Positions 14,588 through 27,735 of a DNA stretch of 64,000 bases are shown piece by piece. Origin of the DNA: Azolla caroliniana. Taxonomy: Eukaryota; Plantae; Polypodiophyta. The DNA lies in the NCBI GenBank assembly GCA_043228905.1, contig JBHGNT010000009.1:1550001-1614000 (forward strand), read 5' to 3'. Every line of letters begins with the position of its first letter. Within the stretch, counting starts at the first letter, position 1. Under the pieces are notes generated by a model. It saw nothing but the letters and a program-made list of their open reading frames with translations, was not told the origin of the DNA and did no database searches. A program made the translations under genes and the position numbers.

Positions 14588-16183
14588 CTTTAAGAGAAAA
14601 GATGGAACACCAGTAAATTGGGCGTTACTACCAGATACTTATTAACATACTCGTACAGGATTTGACACATTAAATCAATACATAATCATAAGTGCATAAA
14701 CAGAAATATAAAGCTCTAAAAGAGTGAACACAAAGATTGTTCGAAGTGAGTCGCATCCCTTTCTATGACACGTGTAATGTGGAATTAAAGAGAATAAGCA
14801 GAATAGAACACGCATGTGGAAAGAAAATTTCAGAAAGGAACTACATAACATATTAAAACGGTGAAAAAGCTGAATTATCCAGACCAGGGCTTATTAGAAT
14901 CATACAAATAATAATGTGCTTCTACAGATATCTAAACTCATAAAAGTTTATATGTTATTTTACTATATTCATGATTACATATTTTTCAGAAGAACATCAC
15001 ATTATGATTGGTCACCAAATAGCAGTCTAGCAGGACCAGGCTCTCGATGTTCCAGCCAGCAGGACTAAATTGAAGCATATAACAGCAATTATTCCAAATA
15101 AATACAAATATATATAAAAAACAAAGACGAAAGTAACCTACTACAACCTCTTCTTATATTCAAATAGGTCGAATAACTAGGAAAAAAGAGACCAAGTATG
15201 TAGCAAACCAAATTTCAAGAGAAATGCATGCAGCAAGAATAGGAAAACTCATCCAAATGATTCTCTGGGAAGATTTAAACAACTACCAAGTGTGAAAAGA
15301 ACTATATTTTCAACAGTTGCATATTTGAGGAAATTCCCAAATAGCGGCCAAAAACGATCATCCATAAGTAGGGAAAGAACAAAACATAAAGAATGATGCA
15401 GCCTGTTCATCTCTCCTGCTATGCCGTTTTAATAAACGAGATTACTGAGATTTCAACAAAGAAGAGTTCAGCAAAAACACAAAAGAAGATCTATCCAAAA
15501 CATAAAGAATGAACGATATATCCAAGATTTCATTCTAGAATCTATAGAGAATTAGCGACAAAAAGACAAAATCGGTACGCAGAAAATAAAATTCTAAAGA
15601 AAATGAAACATTAACATCCACATACCTCTACATTTTAATAATCAAGAATAAGAACAAAAAAAAATGTTTTTTGCGACATACATATAAGAAGGGCACGAGC
15701 AGTGACTCGTATTTCTTACTGTTCAAACTCGAGAGGTACTGGTAAATAAGGAGCAAACGGGAACAAATATTTGTGCAGGAACGCACCTCTCTCAGGCATG
15801 AGTATATAACGAAACTGATACAGATCCCTATAATGCTACAGATCCCTACATAGTATGTTAATGCCCCATAAAGGAAACAAAGAGGGGGCTAGTATGCAGA
15901 AAATACCTCTTGAAGATATAATAGGTATACAACAAAACCACAAAGAGAGGATCACTCTTATCTCTCTATAATGTTCTAGTATATCATCGGATACAGCTAA
16001 ATAACGCATGAAACAGAACTATCATGAATACAGGAAAGCAGATAGATCCATGATTTCCTCAAACACGTGAGCTAATACAGCAATAAGATGGACGAAAGGG
16101 AAAACACGACATAGCCAAGACACGATACGAATACAGAGAAGATGCAAATATGCAATTTGTAAAAAAAAAACGAACACATGTAC
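14588..16183 (-). other. Probable 5'-UTR intron of the ABCF gene
   Basis: Minus-strand donor AAAG|GTACAT at 16183 and acceptor TTAAAG| at 14588, 22 nt before the ATG. A GA/CT-rich UTR-like region lies at 16184-16520. Confidence 0.55.
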
Positions 16184-16547
16184 CTTTTTGAAGAGTTTCT
16201 GAGAGAGTCGATAGAAAGGATCAGGGGGGTTATGCTGGAGGCAAAATAGGGTTCTGCCGGAGAAGCAGGTAGCAAGCAGAGATATGTAAAAGGACTGAAT
16301 CCTGATTCTCTCCGTCTTATTTGCTGAAGCTTTGTGGTGCTGAGCCCTAGTCCTTCGTCTTCTGCAGAGGAGAAAATGGCGATGGAGAGCTCAGAGAAGG
16401 AAGGAGAAGCTTCGGCCGCACTTTGTCGTCTCCTTTTCTCTTCTTCTGGCTCTTAACACAGGGACGTGTGAGAGAGCGAGAGAGAGAGAGAGAGGGAGGG
16501 AGAGATAGGAAGGAAAAAAAGGAAGGTCATCTGTGTGTCTCCCTTTC

Positions 16548-16555
16548 CTTTTATA
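16548..16555 (-). promoter_or_regulatory. Candidate TATA box (TATAAAAG) of the ABCF gene
   Basis: The minus strand reads CCTATAAAAGG just upstream of a pyrimidine-rich, UTR-like tract. Confidence 0.55.
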
Positions 16556-16560
16556 GGCCG

Positions 16561-16895
16561 CCCCTCCCTTCTCCTTTTGGCCATGGCCTTCTTGCTTTCC
16601 TTTATTTCCCCATTTGCCCCTCCCTTCCCCTTTTGGCCATGGGCTTGCTTTCCTTTATTTCCCCATTTGCCCCTCCCTTCCCCTTTTGGCCATGGCCTTG
16701 CTTTCCTTTATTTCCCCATTTGCCCCTCCTTCCCCTTTTGGCCATGGCCTTGCTTTCCTTTATTTCCCCCATTTGCCCCTCCCTTCTCCTTTTGGCCATG
16801 GCCTTGCTTTCCTTTCTTTTCCCCATTTGCCCCTCCCTTCTCCTTTTGGGCCAATGGACCATGGTTTTCTTTATTTCCCCAATTGCCCTTCCTCT
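16561..16895. repeat. ~53-bp tandem repeat, 6 copies plus a partial
   Basis: Unit CCCCTCCCTTCYCCTTTTGGCCATGGCCTTGCTTTCCTTTATTTCCCCATTTG starts at 16561, 16617, 16670, 16723, 16776 and 16830. Confidence 0.95.
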
Positions 16896-18246
16896 CTTCC
16901 ACTTCATCTCCTTCTCCTCTTGGATTGTGTTGCCCTTGTGGCCGGCCATCCGTCCCAATTTTACGTCCACAAATCTTCACATGTGTCTTTCACCCTTCTT
17001 AACTATCTATTGTGTCAGTTCATCTGTTTTTCCCCGGTCAGAAATATGTTGAATTTGAATGCATAGTCAGTCATATCATCCCTTGTTCTTTCCATACTTT
17101 GTTACCTTTATAGAATGCTTGTTTGTTCCTCGATCTTTCTTCAGACACTTGTCTGGTCAATTCATCTATTGTTTCTCTCGATTGTGATCATGCTATTTGA
17201 TTCAATTATAATTCTCGTGCATGCTACCTTTCGAGTAATGGTATTGCCTCTACCATCTCCTTTAACTTGGTTTTATCTACTATTTGAATCAATTATATGC
17301 TCACCCCATCCCCTCTTTTCTCATTTTTTTAAGGGTTATCTCAAGTCACTCATATGGATAATGGAAACGTTGGCCATTTCATATATCAAAGAAAACTTCA
17401 TCATCCTTTTAAAAATGTTTGTATGATATCTTTTTGGTTTCTTTTTTATGAGATTGGTGGCTTTGCCTTAATGATTGTGCTTAGTTAAAAGCTATGCCTT
17501 CACCCATTTGAATCAATATTAGGATGAACTCTAGTATGCCACGTCTTTCAAAATACAAGCAAATGCTCAAATCGGCATGTTCGAGCTCCTTGTTCAATAC
17601 TTTAGAAGTATGCGTGGCTAGATGGCTTGCCATTCACCTACGAACTCATTTACTCAGTCAAAGAGTAATCTCTTGAAATGGTTGGCAAGAGGAGTAGGCA
17701 ACAACTTGTATCCATCTCATAATTGGGAGGAGAAAATTCAATCAAAACCCTCAACCTTTTCTTCTTAGTGATATTTATCAGGTAATGGAACCACTCTCCC
17801 AAAGTAAACAATTATTTTATTGGAAAGCTCCAATGAGGATTTGGTTCTAGTTGAGATGTTGAGAGCCATAGGTGTACCACATTTTCCATTAATTCTCTTT
17901 GAAATGTCATGTCAAGGAACTTTGAATTTATAGTATTGTAGCGTGAGTAGGTAAGAATTCTCACTTTCCAAGAGAGAATTGATCAAACCAAATCTTGATT
18001 GTTTGGATAGGAACCAATGTACATTTTTGGGTGGCGACCGAATGTTGTGATTGTTCCCCTTGGTGAATTGGTTTGCATTCCACATCATTATGCCGTAATT
18101 TAGCTTTAGTGACTTTATCATGTGACCACCTAACAAAGGGTCATTCTCATGCTAAAATAGTTTGAATGCCTAGTTAAGAATTCATATGTTTGCGTTTTGA
18201 CACAAATCAACATAGTAGATCGGTCTCACCTGGTTTCATCCCTTTG

Positions 18247-18615
18247 GACAAGTAGCTCAAGTCAATGTGTCACGCTCTTGTTAGCTTATTGAGAGTTACT
18301 CTATCAGCTTGTTAATCATTGTCTCATGGAGGCATGGTGCCACCTCATAGCACAATGTTGCTTTCTTGGCATCCATTAACTTATTGGGAAGATTCTTACA
18401 TTGTGCCACCGCTCAATATCTTCCCCTCATCTCGCCACTTCCTCCCTTCTCGACAAGTAGCTCAAGTCAATGTGTCACACTCTTGTTAGCTTATTAAGCA
18501 TCACTCCATGAGCTTGTTAATCATTGTCTCCATGATGCATGGTGCCACCTCATTGCAGAAAGTTGCTTTCTTGGTATGCATAAACTTATTGGGACAATCC
18601 TTCATTGTGCCACCG
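18247..18615. repeat. Direct repeat of ~165 bp, period 205
   Basis: GACAAGTAGCTCAAGTCAATGTGTCAC...ATTGTGCCACCG at 18247-18411 and 18452-18615. Confidence 0.9.
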
Positions 18616-19494
18616 TGTTATTACCTTCTTTGGGTTCGTTTATATTATTGCATGGGCTTGTACCATATGCATAAGGGTTGTTAGTGGAATCTACTCAGCC
18701 ATAACAATGTGCGTTTGCTTCTCGTAGTTGATGTTCCATTATTGCTAGTTTTACCTTGGGGTACTTCATGAATCAAGGAATGTGGTGAAACTCTATATAT
18801 GTTGTGGCTAGGGTTTTGAGGCTCTTTGTTAGCTATGAGGTTGTGTCTAAGCCCCCATCAAGATGTCACGTGTTGATTTGTCCTATTTATAGCTCTCCGA
18901 ACAACCACCATTGCGGTCTACTCCCACATTTCCTAGTTTACCATGAATAATAAAATGCCATAACATTATAATTGTTGTATAGAGTAAGGTCAATTAAAAT
19001 ATCTGAGATTGCTTTGGATTGTCTTACTTTTCCCTAGTCTTACACCAACAATGGTCATTTTAAATATCCAAACTCATACTTTGATCCACGTAGTTATGAA
19101 GTTATAATTGTTGGGGGAGTAATGGAAAAATATGTTGATTTGTTGTGTTTGTTGAGATTTCTTCTCGAAGCGGAAATGGTTTCTTACTACTTGTCGCAAT
19201 GACTGTGGGTAGCTCTTCTCTTATGTATGACAAGGGCACTACATTCTTATGACAAATGTTATGAAAAGAGAGTGAGCGATTTTTCATCCATGTGATTATA
19301 CATCATGTGAACAAGTAGGTTTGTTATCTCAACAATTCTTTATATATACAATATTGACTATGATTGTTTATAGTCTATGTCTCATTAATCACACAAGAGT
19401 AGAGGATAGAGTGTCTCATTAATCACAGGGTGTCCTGCTTAGGGATGTCCATTGTGTTGATGTGTGCATAGAGAGAGAGAGAGAGAGAGAGAGA

Positions 19495-22274
19495 TTCTAT
19501 TATCGTATTCGAAGGTCAAATATGACCTATGAAACCAAAAAAATATCACAATTCACATGATGTGTGAAAGTTAGTAGTGATTCTCGATGTTCAAGAACTC
19601 TACCAATGAATGTTGCAATTAAGAGTGCACATTGTGGCTGTGAGAGAAATTTGTGCAATGATTGGGCTTGGTCGAAGATGTGTGGAAAGCATGGTCAAAT
19701 GTGATCGATGGCTGACCATTGTATCAAAGCGTGATACTTAGACTCTCGAACTCGTTTAGAGCAAAGTGTGCATAGTCGACCACTCTCATCAATCGTGCCC
19801 CAACGCCCCGTCTTACATCGCAATGCATGTGAGCTAAGTTGCATGGAAGCAATGGTTCGAATGGCAGATAACGTGGTGGGCTCTAACATGTATCGATGTG
19901 TATGGTTTCCCCGTTCTATGAAGAATATGGTTTTGTAGTTAGGTGCAACATGTGTAGTATAATGTGTGAAGCATGAGCTTCCACATTTTCCCCATGTCAT
20001 GATACATTGGTGTTGGAAAAAGGCCTCACTTACAAAGGAATCTAGTGCAACATCATGAAGCAAGTGTTAGGAAACGGGTCCCTCCAAATGGGAAGAGAAG
20101 AGACGAGTTGATGAGGAACTCGGCCGAGGCTGAAACCGAAATCGTGTAGACAACCAACTCAGAAGACTATACTTGTAAATAGTCTAAATATGCCCTTATG
20201 GGCTACACTTGTAAATAACCCAAAAGGTGTACTAGTATATAAGAACTTAGGGCAATCATAAGATGATGATGAGTTGTTGTTGAAAAGTTACTTAGAAGGT
20301 AGTTGCCTTAGTAATTGTGTACCTATAAGTGAGTGAGAGTGTGAGAGTGTGCAACTCTGTAGCTGTCTGTTGACGAAGTAGAATCTTGAGGTCGTTGCCT
20401 CGGAGCTTCTAGTTGTACTCCTCATTTTAGTATAGTGATTTTGTTTCTCGAGGTTTGTGGACCCCCATGGTTTTTCCCATTTCGGGTTTCCATGTTAAAA
20501 TCATGTGTTTCTGTCTCTTGTGCTATTTCTATTTTCGTACTCTTTTTGAGTGCATTATATTTTACGTTCCCTACACCCAAACATCCGAATGCAAAACCGG
20601 TTGTGGCCGGTCACGATTCTCGACAGCAAGTGTGTTACATCCCATCTACCAAACCATTTTTCCATATCTTGCATCCAACCATAACACAAAATATGTGTCT
20701 TTTGGATATTTTTGCTTGCTTCCCATGCAATTCTAGAAAGTTGATGTGAGGAACTTTTGTGAACCTTAAGCATGTATTCAACAACCTTTTCCAGGGCCAA
20801 TATCTCAATGGGAAGTGATCATGTCTCAAGGAGGAGGAGGGTGTAGGGTGTTTGTTTCTTAACCTGTAGAAACTTTGCAAGAAAATGTTATTGGACATTT
20901 TCAAACTCTTTCCAAGTAGATTTAGGGATGCTACCACCCAATACTTCCACTCCATAGAGAAGCACTAGTGTCACCAAAGTGTCGAAAAGTTATTTCTTGA
21001 GGGCCCAACACTTAATATCTCCATGATTGCATGTGTTCTCAAATGCATAATATGCTCGCTTTCCCGCCTCTAAGTGGCGAGTAGCACATTCATTCCATCT
21101 ATGATTTGCTTGCATCCCATGCAATTCTAGGAAGTCGATGTGAGGGACTTTTTTGAACCTTAAGCATGTATTCAAGAACCCTTTCCATGGCCATGATCTC
21201 AATGGGAAGCGATCCCGTCTCAAGGAGGAGGGTGTAGGGTGTTTGTTTCTTAACTTGTAGAAACTTTGTAAGAAAATGTTTTTGGACATTTTCAAACTCT
21301 TTCCACATAGATTTAGGGATGCTACCACCCTATACTTCCACCCCATAGAGAAGAACCGGTGTCACCAAAGTGTCGAAAAGATATTTCTTGAGGACCCAAC
21401 ACTTAATATCTCCAAGATTGCATGTGTTCTCAAATGCATAGTATGCTCGCTTACCCGCCTCTAAGCGGCGTGTAGCACATTCATTCCATCTATGATTTGA
21501 TGGAACTTCAAGGCCAATATATTTGAAGCTTTCCACACATTCAAGTGGCTCATTGTTGTACATAATGCATGGTTTATCTCTTTTTTGGCTCTTCACAAGC
21601 ATAATCTTTGTTTTAGAGCTATTGACACTTAATTTAGTATGCATGCAAATTTTTTCCATTGCCTTCATAAGCTTTTGTGCATATCCTAAAGTATTTGCAA
21701 AAAGCACTACATCATCTGCATATAGCAAAAGCATAATCACGACATTCCCAATGGCAACTTCTTCAACACATTCTTCCTTTGCAAACTTGGTAACCTTTTC
21801 TTCCAATTCATCAATGCATAGACTAAATAGTGTTGGTGAGAGTGGGCCTCCTTGCTTAACACTAGTAATGCTATTGAAAAAATATGAAAGTCTATCGCTC
21901 ATTTGCATACAACATATAACCTTCTCATATATATCAGGAAATTGTAAGTATATCACTTGGTGCTTCGAGTTCTTCCATTTGCCTCAAAAGATGCTCATGA
22001 GGTACCATATCAAAAGCTTTCTTGAAGTCTACAAAGCAACAATATAAACCTTCACCTCTAAGGCGACTTTCCTCCATTAATACTTGAAGCGTGACAAGGT
22101 TATCAATGGTGCTACGGTGTTTTCGAAAACCAACTTGTCTATAAGCTCTCTTACCATTTTTTTCAGCCCATGCACTTATCTTTGATTCCACTATACATCC
22201 AAATAATTTTGCCATTAGCAAGCCAACCATGATAGTGTGATAGTTGTTTACATTATTTACATCCCACTTTTATG
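19495..22274 (-). mobile_element. 5'-truncated degenerate LINE (RTE-X-like): RT plus C-terminal Cys/His region
   Basis: Broken ORFs carry RT motifs GFRKHRSTIDNL, FVDFKKAFD, VKQGGPLSPTLF, LYADD and FKYIG, and the C-terminal LSSHALRCKTGRW..RLCTLC..YH. The 3' end abuts a (GA)n tract. The element is interrupted by a solo LTR and an internal duplication. The clade call is from recalled motifs. Confidence 0.9.
20065..20625 (+). mobile_element. Solo LTR (561 bp, probably Copia-type) inserted in the LINE
   Basis: Termini TGTTAGGAA...TTCTCGACA. 5-bp TSD GCAAG at 20060-20064 and 20626-20630. Removing it rejoins the LINE ORF (WDVTHLL|HDVALDS). Internal GGTTTTTCCC...GGGTTTCCA motif resembles Copia LTRs. 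Confidence 0.9.
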
Positions 22275-22419
22275 TAAGGTTTGATCCAATTTGTAGTCCA
22301 ATCGTACGACATACCATGTTGCAATGCATGATTAAACATATCAATTATCCATACATGTGCTTCCTTTACTATTCAATTGAGCATTTCAGCCCTTATACAT
22401 TGAAGGTCGCTTGCCTTGG

Positions 22420-22842
22420 AATTATATTTTTATTTTTATTTTTATCGTCCATAAAGAGGCCAAATTTGACCTATGGGACCAAATTATACATGTGTTCTTG
22501 ATATGTGTCTCCTTCCTAAGAAGGGGTATTCATACATTGAAGCACAAAGTCTTTATGCGTGAATAAAGCACACACATATGAGCTCAACCTTCTCAGTGGT
22601 ATCTTAAGTAATGACACTTAAGTTATCACTCCCTCTTAGTATGTTTGCATATCTTGAACAATTTGCACTACATGTCGAGCATGTGAAGAGCAAGTGACAT
22701 TCATCCTCTACAATGCCTTCATTGCATCCTTTGCATGTCTTCAAGTCCGTTACATTTTGATACCATGATGCAACTTCAATACCTAACTTGTGAGATCGAG
22801 TGCAAAGTAGTGTAAGGGCTTTATGAGCATTACTACTCATAT

Positions 22843-22849
<7 letters not shown>
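22420..22849 (-). mobile_element. Short 3' fragment of a second related LINE
   Basis: Encodes RSHKLGIEVASW...CKGCNEGIVEDECHLLFTC. Ends in an A-rich tail on the minus strand (~22420-22445). Its 5' end abuts (GA)n. Confidence 0.75.

Positions 22850-22925
<76 letters not shown>
22850..22925. repeat. (GA)n microsatellite
   Basis: Perfect GA run. Others occur at ~19470-19494, 23130-23178 and 27698-27732. Confidence 0.95.
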
Positions 22926-22929
<4 letters not shown>

Positions 22930-23126
22930 TCATAATTGGAATATGCGCAATGCTTTTGTATTTGATGGTAGGCATGGAGTGAAAGCATATTTGCGAAAGT
23001 TGAAGGTAGTACTAATGTGACAATTTTCTTTATTGGAGCAAGTGGAAATTCAACCATACTCCATTGTGACACCCAATGTAAGCAGTGTTTTTCACACACT
23101 TTTATTAATATAATTGTGTGTTTTCA

Positions 23127-23182
<56 letters not shown>

Positions 23183-24084
23183 TAGATTGAAACTTGTGTA
23201 ACACCACGACAATATGATTGTTAAAACTCAAGTCGTTGACATCGCCTAGATATTGGCTTGCGACTTGCAATGATCAATGACATTCTCATGCACTTCCAAT
23301 CCCAATACTATAGAGCATGGCATTCATTAGTTGGACATGCAACAGGGTCATCACTCATTCAATTGATATCCAAAAGAAAAGAAAAGAATAGTACGCATAA
23401 ACAAGTTGAAGTTTAGTGAATGATCCTTTTTAAACTCATTATTGTTAACTTTCATTGATTCTCCTTTTATGACTAGACAATAAATGTACATTATGTAGAT
23501 GTGTCTAGTGCTTACACCCAAGTCATTGAGGTCTAGTATACTAGACCAAAAAACCTTTTGTAGTAAAGTGGTCATTGTCACGATTTTATAACGCAATTGC
23601 AAGCTGTAATTGGGCACCATTTCTAACATATGTCAACCTTCAAACATATTGACAAACCACAATCAACATTCACACTATGAGATTATGTTATGCTATGCCA
23701 ATGCCACATAACAATGCCCTTTCACAACATGCAAGTCCAAGTTAACTAAATACTTAGCTAGTAAATGGATATTTTAACACGAAGCCCTTTTAGAAAAGGA
23801 CAAGAATAGTACCCATCCAATGCTTACCGGGAACTCTCCACACACAAGAGTAAAATGATGCCTTGCTATGAGCGTTGAGGGGGGGAGGCGGTGGATTTTT
23901 AGGGTTCGGGGTTTAAGGTTTTAGAAACTTCGGGATTTATTTGCAAGGATGAAAACTTGAGAATACTTCTACAACTAATACTACTAGTACTACTATGTAT
24001 CAATTGCATATATTTATATGTAGTTTATTTGAGAGGGCTCTTGGAGTTAGGGCTAACTATCTCTTCATCACACCGTGGAATTTG

Positions 24085-24188
24085 AAGGGTATTCTTGTAA
24101 TATCATAAAGTTCGTGAGATCCTGCAAATACTTGGGGGGAGGGGGGGGGCTCGATCACACATTCAAAACTTGAAGGGTATTCTTGTAA
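24085..24188 (+). promoter_or_regulatory. Two tef-box-like elements upstream of the TPR gene
   Basis: AAGGGTATTCTTGTAA at 24085-24100 and 24173-24188 matches ARGGRYANNNNNGT. A telo-box-like TTTAGGGTT lies near 23898. Confidence 0.45.
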
Positions 24189-24329
24189 TTAATTAAAACC
24201 AAGAAAACCAGAGGAAGAACCAGACGAAGAAGAACAGATTCGCCATCGCCATCGCCATCGCCATCGCCATCGCCATACCTCGCGCTCACAGAGATCGGTC
24301 GTCCTCAGTACTCACCTGAAAGAAAAGGA

Positions 24330-27300
24330 ATGGCTGGCTCAGAGCAAACTTCATCTCTCAAGGACCAAGGGAACGAACTGTTTAAGTCTGGGAACTTCCT
24401 CAAGGCTGCCGCTCTATACACTCAAGCCATCAAAGCAGATCCTTCTAACGCTACTTTATACAGGTCATTTCCTTATCCAGTAGTGTCTTCTCGTCTTCCT
24501 TCCTTCCTTCCATCATCATTCTTTATTCTTCTACTTTCGGCTGTTACTTTCTTCTTGCGAAATTCGCCTTGATTGTCCGTGGTCCTTTACCTTTTCTTTT
24601 TATGGAGAGACGTGTTTTTTTCGTGCCGTCTACTTTTATGCCTTCTTTTCCGGAGAGAATTGGTTTCCGTTTTCTTCTTGTTCTATGCTATCTGTATGTG
24701 TTTTTATGGAGTTTCTTTGTAAGGAAAAGATCTTCTGTTCTTTTCATTTCTGAAGTTTCTTGCCGAGAAAACAAATGCTATTTTGCTTCATTGTCTTGTG
24801 CTGCTATTTCTCTTCTCACGGAAAGAGGTTTACGTACTTCTTTACGAAAATATGTTCTTTATTTGTGTCTTTTGTTGCCATTTTCAGCGAGAATTTATGT
24901 TATTTGTTCATCTTCTGATGCAGTTTCTTTCTCAAGGAGAAAAAGATACTCTATTTCTCTTTATTTCATCCTCACAAAATACACTTTTCCCTTTGTTCTT
25001 CTGCAGCAACCGTTCAGCTGCTTTCTTAAATCTTTCGAAAGTCACCAAAGCTCTTGCAGATGCAGAAATGACAATCAAACTTAAACCGACTTGGGAGAAG
25101 GTTTCGTTATTGTTTGAAAATTTTCCTCTTCCATTGATTGCATTGTACAGCTTGAATTTGTGATCCTTAACATATATTCTTATTCATTGCATTATTCAGG
25201 ATGATTTCTGTAAAGGCTCTTGTGCATGTTCAAATGTTTTGGACTACATCTTTGATGCCTTTGTTGAGCTCAAGCTCATGATTGTTAACAGACAATTTAA
25301 TTCTTTGAATTGGCTAGGGTTATTTCCGCAAAGGCTGTATATTGGAAGCAATGGAACGTCTTGATGAGGTATGGTAAAATACAATATGGTTTTGCAGATT
25401 CAAGTAAAGAGATTTTTCATTTTATGCCATTTTGATGAACTAAAGTCTATGGCTTCTATTACGTAGGATGAAATTCAATCAAGTTTTGCAGATTTAGTTT
25501 GAAAGTTTTTCCATTCTGTTCCCTTTTGACAAACTAAGTTTGGGCCTTCATCAAAGGCTCTTGCAGCCTACAGAGAAGCACTTGAACAAAACCCCCAAAG
25601 CAATGAGGTTGCCACAAAAGTAAAGAGGCTAACTCAATTAATCCGAGATAACAAGCGTACACAAGTTAAGGAGGTGACAAAGAGCTATTCAAAAATTGAT
25701 AAAAACTTAAACTTTGATCAACTGAAATGTGAATTGGTAAGCCTCTAGTCCACAACCATTTCACTTGGAATTAAAAGAATTGCAAAAGGTAATTGTTATG
25801 ACATCCTTATTTTTCTAATCACAGAGCAAGGTAGTGAATGATGATGGTATAGGAGAGTGTATATGCAAGTTCTTTAAAGATATTTTTGACATGTCGTCGA
25901 AGGATTGGTGTGAGAAAAAAGGAAAACTGGATGCGAGAGTGTACTTCTACTCAGGAAAGAAAAATGATAAAGCTGAAGAGACACTTCCCATTGTATCTGT
26001 AGAAAAGGCAAGTCACATTCATTCCATTTCCTTAATAGCATCTGCATTGCATCTTTTTTCTTACTGCTTTGATAGTTTAAAAGTGCCCTAGTTTTTGCAC
26101 ATTCCAAGGGTACAATGACCGTCATGTTATTTAACATCTTTTGTCCTTGTTGTAATCTAGATTTATAAAATGAAATGCCGTCTGATTCTTCCTTAATTCA
26201 ATTGTACATGCTATTCCCTATAATTGAAGATGTTTGCTTTGACCCTTTCGTAATAATATTTAAACATCCATGCGATAATGAATAAGTATTTACTTTTCAA
26301 GTAAATGACAAGACTGTAGATATAATGGGAATATAATGTTTCACTAGATCTCATTTCAACTTTTTTATGCCATTTATCATCTGTTAGAAATCGAACATGC
26401 TCTTTTCTAGTCATTGTTGGTGTGGACAAATTTGCCAAGTACTGTATCGTGGTCAGGAAAGAGAGCAGTTGACTAAATACAGTAGATGGGTTAGCTGTTA
26501 GGGTAAGGTAACATATGCCAGGAACCTCTAAGCTGAGTTCTTCATGTCAAGCCATTGAGTTGTGTCTATAACAGCTAACTCAAGAGCACATGCCCTATGC
26601 CTTATAGTGCATTATTCCTTCTATTGTAATCATTCTTTCTGTTAATATTGCATAATATCTGTCTTCTCCATTGTGTCTATATGTTGATTAATTGTTTGAG
26701 CATTGGAAGTTTCTCTGGAATAATTGGCCTCGCATAAAAGCTATTTAACAAAAAAAATTTGGACGAAGAGATTTGAATAGAGGCAATGGTGAATAAAGAA
26801 GTTTTGTGAATCCTCAGTCAAATGGTGAAGATGGCTTCGACAAGTGGTGTTGGTGACTCCTAACAGGGTGAGGCCATGGTCACTATAATGTAGGTCTTGC
26901 TTGCTTGACAGGAAACTCTACACTCTATGGAAGTCCAAGATGTCAAACCATGTTGGAATTCTATGAGCTCATGGACTCTGTGATTAAACTTGATGTTGAA
27001 CCAGTTAGAACAATAGATCTGATGGTCGACATCCATCCAGCTTCAATAGATTTGAAAGCATGGTGAACCACCAACAATAAGGGTTTGCATGATTAGACAA
27101 ACTACACTCTGTGGAATGATGGTGGACGTATCTTTGACCCCAATGAATTTGCAGGCATGGAGAATGTAGATTGCGGATGTCTTGTATGCAATTGTCACGA
27201 GGACTACTGATTCATTGTTCACGATGATTCAACACATGGGAAAGTTGGTGAGATCAACATGAGATGCGAAGTGAGACTATAATCCAAAACTTAGTTAATC

Positions 27301-27693
27301 AACATGCTTTTGAGCAAATAAAAGGGAGAAGGGAGATGTTTATCAAAAGGATAAAACACCTGTGGAGCTAGATGATTGTCTGGCATAGAGTTGGCATGGA
27401 GATGTATCTACACATGTTGGCCATCCAGCAGGCTACTTGTAAAAACAATGGGTGTAAATTAGTAAAACTATAGTATTAAGTATTGAGAAAGGAAAAGGAA
27501 ATGGACAAAAACTGGGTTATTAGAGCTAGGTTCCACATAGGGACATCAAAGGCGATTGTTGAGAGATATGAAAGCAATGCTCATTCATAAAGCTGTGTAG
27601 TTAAGTTGAATGAAAGACAAATAAGGTGATAAAGCACGTTTTCCCCTACAGCACACCCCCTATATAAACACCACACCAGTATAACCAATCTAA

Positions 27694-27735
<42 letters not shown>

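Noticed and set aside
16423-17066. Several overlapping ORFs of 90-209 aa
   Set aside because: Artefacts of the stop-poor 53-bp tandem repeat.
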